Source of the DNA: Camelus ferus
Taxonomy: Eukaryota
Length of the DNA stretch: 64,000 nucleotides
Assembly: GCF_009834535.1 (NCBI RefSeq)
Contig: NC_045696.1
Location: 13,208,001-13,272,000 of the forward strand
Reading direction: 5' to 3'
Every line of letters begins with the position of its first letter. Within the stretch, counting starts at the first letter, position 1. Below the pieces are notes generated by a model. The model was given only the letters and a program-made list of their open reading frames with translations, was not told where the DNA came from and did no database searches. Positions 54,956 to 64,000 of this stretch are shown here, one piece after another. The translations under genes were made by a program, and so were the position numbers.

Positions 54956-56169
54956 CACTTTTTTCCTATGAATAAGGTCATGAGAAAGGAAACAAAGATG
55001 AGTGGCTCCCATTTTAAATCCTCACACTGGACTTTGTATGGGTCATGAGGAGAAGATATTCTCAAACCAAGAAAATAAAAATAAATGGAATAGGAAAGAT
55101 AAACAAAAATGTTAAATCAGCATGAAGAAGTTAAATCAGACTTCCCACTAACTCAGTGGCATGTTTGAAGCCTGCGTTACCAAACTGACTCAACTTGCTG
55201 GGTTTAATTCAAAAGTCTCTGCCCTGGCTCCCAGGATCCCATTTCTCAGTTTCTGTGCTTCATCTATGCAGAGCAGCCTCTCCTGAAAGTTAGTATCACA
55301 CAACTGGAAAGTGTTGTCAGCCTGAGTCAAAACAAAAGAAGCCTTCAGCCTCTTTTGTGCAGTTCCCTTCTCAGGGGTCCAGGGACGACTGGAATTGATA
55401 CACAGGATTCTGATGGCTATCAGGGTTCAGAGCAAGGGGAACGTACAGAAAGTGTCTGAACTTCTGGTTTTACACTAGTTGGTAGAAATGCCTCTAATTT
55501 TCCTCTATCACTGCCCTTTCTTGCTCTTTAAAACCCCATTTTACTCATCTACCGGTGGATTAAATGGGTCTCAGGATGGTCCTACTTCCTAGGATTTCCG
55601 TTTTGGATTTGCCTGTGTGTGGCTGTTCATTGACTTTTTACTGTAAATGTTGGTGACTTTTGCTGACTTAAAATTTAAAAACTGTGAAGCATGTTTTGAA
55701 GTAATTTATCTTCAGTCTCAATGAGTCTCCTCCCTCGGAGCCTTCTTCCCAGATAACCCCTGGATTCCCCTCTCTTCAGTACTTTGTCTTCTTTATTTTT
55801 CATCAAGCTGAAAATACCACTATTCTGTTAGTCTGAGATATCAGTGATGCCCTGACTTTTATAAAGCACATCACATGGCAATATGTGACAGAACAAATAT
55901 GTGGTTCAGAAAACCATGTGATAAATGAGAAGTTTTCAAGTAAAACAGAAAGATTTAATAAAATCATAAATCGATGTGATTTTAGCAGCCTAACAAAAAA
56001 AAATCACATATTGCATTTTAAAATTTTAAAAATACTGCTAAGAGGCACTTCACTGGTTTGCTTATTATTCACAAAAAATTGTCATAAAACTGGCTTTGTA
56101 AATAAGATGCCTTTCAATAGAGTGATGGTTAATTTTAATTGTTAGCATGTTTTAATGTCTGAGCCTGAT

Positions 56170-56350
56170 GTATTAGGAAGGGCTTGACTTTGGGATCAAG
56201 CGACATGGGATTAGCTGGGTGACCATGGGCAAGTCACTTAACTTCTTCAAGCTCCATCAGCAAAAATTAATACTATCTTTGACTAGTTGTTGTAAAGATC
56301 GAAAGAGATAATCCTTTAAAGCATCTAGAAGAGTATCATCAGATGGAGGC
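56170..56350 (+). mobile_element. MIR SINE
   Basis: TAGCTGGGTGACCATGGGCAAGTCACTTAACTTC..GTTGTTGTAAAGAT. Confidence 0.7.
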
Positions 56351-56815
56351 TCAATTAAAACCCAGTTCCTTTATCATCTTGACCTAGTTAGAAATTCCTC
56401 CAGTCTTCTCACAGGTACATGAGCACTCTAAACTACTTTGCAATGATCCTTGTTTTATCTCAGAGCCTTCCTTTATGCTGGTCATCAGTGAAAAACCAAC
56501 TCCCTTCCTACATCATCAATTATATTAGTGCAGTGGCTGTCAAAGTCTAATGAGCATAGAATCAGTGGGACACTTGTTTGAGGTAAGAGCCAGAGATCTG
56601 ATTTTTTTTTCTTTTTTACAATCACTTCTCTTAGTTTTGATGAAGGAGGTCCTCACACTATACTCCAGGAATCACTGAGACAAAGCTCAAAGCTTGCCAA
56701 TTCCATAGAACTTTTATTACCTGTATTTGCTGAACAATCTCACCAAACAATCATCAATCAGCAAACAATTATAGATTCTGATTCCAGTGAAGGACTTCAC
56801 ACTCTGATGATTAAG

Positions 56816-56896
56816 GTATCTATCTTATCTATCAGTCTATCAATCTAGCTAGCTAGCTATCATCCATTTATCCGTCATCTATCCATTATCTGTCTA

Positions 56897-56934
<38 letters not shown>

Positions 56935-56948
56935 ATCTGTCTATCTAT
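56816..56948. repeat. Compound (TATC)n/(TGTC)n/(TAGC)n tetranucleotide repeat
   Basis: Directly visible. Confidence 0.9.
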
Positions 56949-57964
56949 GTAGAGGAAGTGTATAGTATATAATTGAAAAGTAAATGAGTGTCACTGATAA
57001 AAATTTTAAAGAATTGGGAAAAAAGAGCTATGCCTGGTATGATCAGTGCAGTTTTTAGAAGAAGATGGAGATTGAACTAGTCCTTGAGGATAAGCAGGGT
57101 TTTAAAAACTGCATGTTCTTAAGTCTCTCAGTATAGTATGGATCTAGCGAAATACTGTCATCATGTGGTTTGGCATGTACTGATTGGATCCTATACCCCT
57201 ATATTCCAAGATGTTTTTAGAAATAATACAGGCCCCTCTGGGAGAAGACTTTTTGGTGTATTGTAGGCAAAGGAGATCCACTCAGTCTTTTCAGAGTCTA
57301 TGCTTGCCTTGAGAAAATAGATTTGTCCCCAAAGATCCTGATTGTTATCATTGTTCTTGGGGTCACACAGATCTCACAGGTCCTTTATTAGGATCTAGTA
57401 CATCAGTCCCTAGCATGGCCCCAAACCAATTTATTTTTTTTGCCAGTGTTCCATCAATGGAGCACTACTCTGGTGATAGATTAGATTCCATGGCAGGGCC
57501 ACACAGTGCAAAGCTTGTACATTAATGTGGAGACGAATGAAGGCTGGAAGTTTCAGCCCTATGCCCGTGGTCCTGGGAATCCTATGTGCAGTCAGTCCTG
57601 GAAGCATTTACAAAGATCTGCAGGCTTTTCTCAGCATTACCCTAAAACAGCAATTATAGCAGTAGTGTATAGTGTACCCTGGTGTTTCAGAAACCTCATT
57701 AGAGCACTTCCTTGAAGCAATATTGCCAATTGCCTAGAGAATAAAACCCCACCTCTCTAACATACTATTTACTGCTATTCCTTACTGTTTCCTTTCCACC
57801 CCATCTATTGTCATGTTTCACCCCAATGGATACACATGGAACTTATGTTCCAACGGTGTAGATGCCTCCCCAGACGGCATAATCGCAATTCATCAATTTT
57901 TCCCTGCTACTCTCTTTACCTGGAATCCTCCCCTTTGACATATTCTTAGACACGTGACTCATTG

Positions 57965-58085
57965 TTGGAATGTAAGCCTCCTAAGGGCAGGGATGGGTGT
58001 CTGTCTTGTTCACTGATACATCCCAACCACCAAAAATAATGCCTGACACCTAGTGAGTACTCACTCAATACTTGCTGAGTGAGCA
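57965..58085. mobile_element. L2 3' end
   Basis: GAATGTAAGCCTCC.AAGGGCAGGGA..TGTCTGTCTTGTTCACTG..TGCCTGACACCTAG..CTCAATA.TTGCTGAGTGA. Confidence 0.8.
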
Positions 58086-59897
58086 AAATAATCTATTAAG
58101 GTCAGTTCAGTTCTGAAGCCATTCCCAGTCAGAACACACAGCTTTTCCTCTGCGATTTAATAATATTGTATTGACATCCTATTATAGCTCACATCACAAC
58201 AGTGGTAGCACAGTTAGAGCTGGTATTTCCCTCCAGATTAAGGTTTCCTTAGTGTCAGGGGTGGTGCTCTATTTGTCATTTACTTTCATGGCTCACCACA
58301 CTTCTTGCACTTAGCAGTGCTGCATGCACGGTATATACTGAGTACTTATGAATTAAATTGAATTTCCAAGTAAGATCTTCCACAAAAACTTACATTTAAT
58401 ACTACAACTTTAGAAGACGCAAAAATGACCTACTTAGAAATTATTTGAAAGCAACATGAGCCCTTCTCTGTTAAATCTTCCAATGTCAGAGACTTTTGTG
58501 GGTCTAATTGGATCACAATATGATAGCCCTATTTTGCTCAACCTGTAACTCTTGATTCCTTGAATGTAGCAAGACTTCTGTTGTTCTGGCAAAATCATTC
58601 ACCTCACAGGGCTTCCGTGTCTTCTGTAAATGAAGATGTTGAGTGGAACAGTGTCTGAGATTCATCCGTTTTGTGCCTCCCTCTCTCTGGCTTGGAACTT
58701 TGCCCAAACTCTCAGCATGTACTTACACAAGCATTTTCAAAGATTATTTTTTATTTTAGCCCTATGGGTCTTTTTCTTATTCTTTGACAGGTTCTTATGC
58801 TTTAAATCCCAAGTTTTCACCTACCTGCAACTTCTTAACTAACCCTTTTACAGCTGTACCCATCAGAGCACAAAAAATAAATGGGACTTGCCTAAAGCAG
58901 TATCATGATATTTTGGCAGAAGTGATGAGTAAGTCCTTCAGTTTTGTTTTTCTAAGATCACATTAAGCAATACTATTTCAACCCAAATACTCCACAGCAT
59001 TTATTTCCTCAGGACGAGGATTCTGGGGTTGAAATTCACTCAGCAATGCAAGAACTTCCAGTCAAGTGAAAAAATGAGTCAAATAAATCCCACGGCATTT
59101 CATGAAACTGCCTCAAAACTACAAGAGACTTAATTAGACTATGGCTATTTGACTTAATGATGTTTTAAAACAATATTCACAAATTGTGGGTGAGGGAAAA
59201 AAATCGCTTTGTGCCATACTTCAAAGATGTCGTTTTCAAAATTGCTTTAAGCAGGAAGCAACATACATTACTCTGCCTATTGTAGAATAATTAAGTTGGA
59301 ATGGTAAACGTCAATTGTTTTGATACCATTACAGTTCAATTGAATTATGTTAATTAGAACACGTTGGGCATGTTCTCATTTCGATCAGCTTGGTTTCCTT
59401 CTTTCTTGGTGTGGAGCAAAATTTACTATCAGCCATCCCTGAATAAAACCTTTTAAAGTAGGAAAAAAAATTATAAAAGATGGGCTTTCCAGATCTCTAA
59501 TTAGTGAACTACTTTAAAAATGTATTGATGAAAGTACACCTCTGGTTTAATTTTTAATAATGTTATTACCACTGCATTAAAAATGCATAAAACACCTTTC
59601 TGAGAAGGGGAACAGAGCAATGCAGGAGCAATGGAAGTATTGCTGCCACTTGGCACTGAAAATGCAGCAACTGAACTTGGTTCTTTCACAGTGTGAAGCC
59701 TCATCCTTCAACAGTACAGTTGCCAAAAGTCAGTGTCATTATTTTGTCCAACATTTGTGACACCAAAATCAATACCCTTTAAGGTTTTGCCAGACCGTAC
59801 CCTTGGCAAGTTTGAGCCATTGATACTAAATCTGACCGATTTTGGAAGAGACGTGAAAAAAATTACACCATCAAATAGTTCATAAAAAGAAGCTCTT

Positions 59898-60090
59898 GCA
59901 AATATAAAATAGTTAAACAACAAGTTTCTTCTGTATAGCACAGAGAACTATATTCCATATCTTGTAGTAACTCATAATGAAAAAGAATATGAAAATGAAT
60001 ATATGTATGTATATGTAAAACTAAAACATTATGCTGTAAACCAGAAAAAACTGACACATTGTAAACTGATTCTATTTCAATTAAAAAAAA
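59898..60090 (+). mobile_element. 5'-truncated L1 3' end with poly(A) and TSD
   Basis: TSD AAAAAGAAGCTCTT (59884-59897) / AAAAAGATGCTCTT (60091-60104); sequence related to 27792-28000. Confidence 0.88.
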
Positions 60091-60423
60091 AAAAAGATGC
60101 TCTTAAAAGATATGCATCAGGTACTTACAGGTATAACAACAGATGGTGTTCTCACCCCTGCACACCTTCCCCACAGTCACCACCCAAAGCAGTTACCTTG
60201 GGGCAATGGCCTTAGAAACACTCTTGGACAGGCATGTTGCCAAAAGCTGCTTGCAAAGGGGTCACACTCCACTTACTAAGACGGGCTGTTGATTTCCATT
60301 TAATGTAAACTCACTGAGCATCGGGAATAAAGAATCATCTTACATCTGCCATCAGTATTTTGTTTAGCGTTAAAAAAAATTACATATTGGCAAAGACTTG
60401 GAGTGTGGCATCAGAGTCACATA

Positions 60424-60761
60424 CAGTTGGTCCTGTATCCTCAGATTTAACCAACTGCAGATCAAAAATATTTGAAAAACTTCCAGAAAGTTCCAAAAAG
60501 AAAAGTTGAGTGTGTCATGTAATGGCAACTACTTACATAGCATCTTGTATTTACAATGCAACTACAGAGCATCATGCATTTATAATGATTTGCATAGCAT
60601 TTACTTTGTATTAGGTATTTTAGGTGATCTAGAGATGATTTAAAGTATACAGGTCACATGCAGATACTATACCATTTTCGACAAGGGAATTGAGTATCCA
60701 TGGATTTCGGTATCCACAAGGGTTCCTGAACTAATGCCTCATCGATACCGAGGGACTGTTG
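60424..60761. mobile_element. MER2-like TcMar-Tigger MITE
   Basis: TA|CAGTTGGTCC...GATACCGAGGGACTGTTG|TA, with internal TTGTATTAGGTATT..ATCTAGAGATGATTTAAAGTATAC. Confidence 0.85.
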
Positions 60762-61314
60762 TATTTTCTCCTGTATCCTTCATGTGCTTCAAGCCAAAGT
60801 ACCTTCAGGGGACCCTTTGGGGCTGGTACTGTATAACCCAGTGTTTAAGAATTTGCAGTGGCTTATATGTTTTAGAGTATGTTTATTCAAAATCTGTTTC
60901 TCCTTTATTGCTTCATGATCATTTGCATATCCATTCCTTTTCATTGTACTATGGCATTTGGCTTGATTCCACATATATTCAGTAACCTCTCAGTTCCAGT
61001 TTATCATTTACTCTGTCTGAAAGGCTTGAGGTAACTTAGTAATCCAGTTTCATCTTTATTGCTCCTTCTTCCAAGAAGTCCTAAACCTCAAAGACTGTGT
61101 GAAGAATTCTTCCTAAGTTTCCCGACTGTGTTCTGTAATTTTCCCTATGAAAGTATGCGTTGGATTGGATTCATTGCCTGTCTGCCTCTCCCAAGTTACT
61201 ATTGATTCACTGATGGCAGGGTATTAGTGCTTCCTAAAACTTATATTCAGTGTTCTTACTCTGCCACTTGTGAGTCTGTCAGTTAAATATATTGAATGGA
61301 ATTTTTTTTAATGG

Positions 61315-61500
61315 AGGCAGTTTTGTTATAACAGAAGCAGCATGGATTTTGGCATCACAGAACCCCAGAGCCAAATGCTTTCTGCACGTTACCTGCTGAA
61401 CAAATTGATGAAACCAATTGAATTCTGTTTTCCTCATTTGCCAAGTGGGAATATAAAAGTCTACTTCGCAGGGATGCTGTGAGGATGAGAGCTAAAGTAT
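61315..61500 (+). mobile_element. MIR SINE
   Basis: CTGTTTTCCTCATTTG..AAGTGGGAATA..CTACTTCGCAGGGATGCTGTGAGGAT. Confidence 0.7.
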
Positions 61501-62819
61501 TCTTCATATCAGAGCACCAAAGGATGACCAGAGATGGTCATGGCTCTCTTCACCCCTCAGAGCTTTCCATTAAGTGCAGGGGTGGAATTCAATCTCTGTC
61601 CCTAAGGGAAGATGTGCTATCTAATAAAGTAAATCTTATAAAGACATGCCTGACTGAAGTATGTAGAAAGCATGTGATGTTAAGAACTTATTTACCAATT
61701 AATGTAGGATGTGTCCACCTGCAAACACGCTAGCTTAGATGCAGATAAGGGCCCCAACTACGTTGAGCAAGTCAACAGGTAAAAGCAAGCATCAGCTTGG
61801 TAGTTTTCAAGTGTTGAATGTTAACTGAAGTGTAGCAGGCATTTCTGTTCTGAATGGATTTTTTTTCTTACATCAAATCACTAGGAGATCTCATGCAAGG
61901 GTTACAGCAGTTTTAATGGGACGAGGGCATTACATGTGAAGGCAAGAATAAAATTGGAATTGAAACCCAATCAAGCAATTTGTTGAAAGAGATGACTTGC
62001 TTCTATCACCAACCTTCTTTAAACTCCCTTGAAATAGAGGACATGCCCCAGCCTTTGAGGTCAAGCACTTTGTCAGACTTGCTCCAGAGAAATCATCACC
62101 TATTTTCATTCTTTTGGGGACCTTCTAGTATTCTCTGAACTTAAATCTTACTTGTGCTTTACTCTGAGGCCAGAGGGTTGCCTTCAGTTTGCTTTGGATC
62201 AGAAAAAGCTTTAAAACAGGAACCTCACAGCATGATGCAGGCCATGGACTGTGGCCAGAAATTGTCAATGTTCTTGGGAAAGACACTGAAGTCAAGAAAA
62301 AACCAGGGGTTTACCTCTTTCTTTAGTCTAAGCATGTTACTTAAATGTTAAGAAAGCAAATCATTGAAAATCTTAGTACTTCCTCTTGCCTCCGCATGAC
62401 TACAGGCTTTGGATATACTGATAAATCCAATTATGAGTTGATTTAGCCAACAGCATACTTTCCTAAATTATGAAAAGCAGAAAACCAGCTTTTAAATTGA
62501 GAGAGGACAAACTTCTAGTCTTGAAATGGCCACAAATAGAGAGACACAGGATGAATAAAAAGTTACTTCTGAATCAAGATCAAGCTTTGTTTAGATACAC
62601 TAAAAGAAATCAGGGGTGATCTATGGAAATTGTTAAGAAATTTTAGTTTCTGCTGAAGAACAGTCAAGTGTGACACTTGACAGAAATCCTGTCCTGTAAT
62701 TAGAAACTATTTACAAATACAACTTTTTAAGGATTAAGTATGAGGTGGTAGGGCAGTGAAGAGGATCTAAAATCTACTACTGCTTGTTTCAGTCCAAATT
62801 TTAAATGTAGAGGGCACAT

Positions 62820-63095
62820 AGGACCCAGCCCTGTCCATCAGAGAGCCCAAGACCCAGCCAGGCACACCAAAACAATGAACAAACGGCAATAAACACATAC
62901 CTATCAATAATTACTTTAAATGTAAATGGACTAAATACTCCAATCAAAAGACATAGAGTGGCTGAACAAATACAAAAATGAGATCCATGTACATGCTACC
63001 TAAAAGAGACTTACTTCAAATTTAAAGACACACAATTATATCTCAACAAAACTGGAAGGAAAGAAGACATATCTTATGGAAAAACAAAAGGAAAA
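62820..63095 (+). mobile_element. Short chimeric L1 insert: ORF2 endonuclease N-terminus joined to an L1 3' terminus
   Basis: Translates TYLSIITLNVNGLNTPIKRHRVAE, then CAATTATATCTCAACAAAACTGG; flanked by AAATGTAGA repeats. Confidence 0.75.
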
Positions 63096-63204
63096 AAATG
63101 TAGATGGAGCAAATTATGTATCTATATAATCCCAAACTAAAGAACTAAATACACTAATTTCTTAATTCGTAGGTATATGGAGACTTCTTGCTATAAATTT
63201 CAGG

Positions 63205-63312
63205 TAGGGTCAGTCTCAGTGTGCTCAGGATCATCTGGCTTTTAAAAGAGAAAGTCTCATGTCCAAGGGACACCTTCAGTTTTAAGCAAACCAGGACAGC
63301 TGGTCACCCTAA
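63205..63312. mobile_element. MER81/MER94-like hAT-Blackjack MITE
   Basis: TAGGGT...CAAACCAGGACAGCTGGTCACCCTA terminal inverted repeat. Confidence 0.65.
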
Positions 63313-64000
63313 TTACAGGACAATTTCAATATCAAAATTTTTCCCTTGTAAGTAGCCTCAGGGTCTCAGTCAAGGCATACTCATTTTCTTTTTTTTTTTT
63401 TGAACATTGCAAAATGTCCTTCATTTACATAAGTCAACTGAGAAAGTTCTTTCTGAGTCATGTGTTTCAGTATATTTGATTTTTCAAAGTTTTAACAGGG
63501 TAATATGACAATTGAAAATTGTATATATTTAAGGTGTACAACTTAATAATTTGATAGACATATTTATAAGGTGTCCTAGTTTCTGAATCAATAAAATTTT
63601 GTCTCCACAAATACAGCTGCAACACTGTGCACTTGACAGATTCATAACATCATAGTGTTAGAGACCTCAAGGATGGTCAAACTTCTAAAATTTGTGGAGA
63701 AATCAAATGTATGTAAATCAAATTCAATTTGAGATGGTCTAAGAATACTTTCTGTTCCAAGAATCCTATGGTAAACCTCTCACTGTTCTTGCATTTGGTT
63801 TTGAAAAAACTGTCAACTTGGTCTTGTTTAACCTGTCTACATTGGAGTGCATAATTTAGAATAAAATCTACATGATTGAAATCAGTCTTTCTCTTCCTAC
63901 CTGTGGCAGTTGTGACTGGTGTCCCACCCAATCCCCCTGGTGCCTTGCTACAGGGAATGCTGTTTGCCCTGGGTCTATAGGAACCTACTAGCTTGGAAAT

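Overview
This is AT-rich mammalian genomic DNA covering the 3' half of GRIK1 (kainate receptor subunit GluK1/GluR5) on the minus strand. The young L1 3' ends look cetartiodactyl and possibly camelid, but that is pattern recall only. Ten coding exons can be read with GT-AG boundaries and consistent phases, from the end of the amino-terminal domain through S1, M1-M3, S2 and M4 to the d-type C-terminal exon. They include the 45-nt alternative exon encoding the GluK1-1 insert and the Q/R-site exon; five of the ten exons are missing from the ORF track. Exon numbers are by analogy to human. Everything above 41762 is one long intron. I see no evidence of a new multi-gene system. The main points of interest are RNA-level and transposon-level. 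(1) The Q/R editing duplex is visible as an inverted repeat about 1.4 kb into the intron, the Q/R codon is CAA rather than the CAG I recall for human and rodent, and a competing local fold could sequester the editing complementary sequence (ECS). (2) A nested retroelement complex at 42.2-46.8 kb contains an ORF1-only L1 ending in a MaLR-LTR poly(A) signal, and an L1 carrying a ~590-nt 3' transduction. (3) There is a ~112-bp intronic direct duplication. (4) The d-type terminal exon is intact and has a TGCATG motif inside its acceptor. Repeat family names are from memory of consensus sequences and need RepeatMasker/Dfam confirmation.
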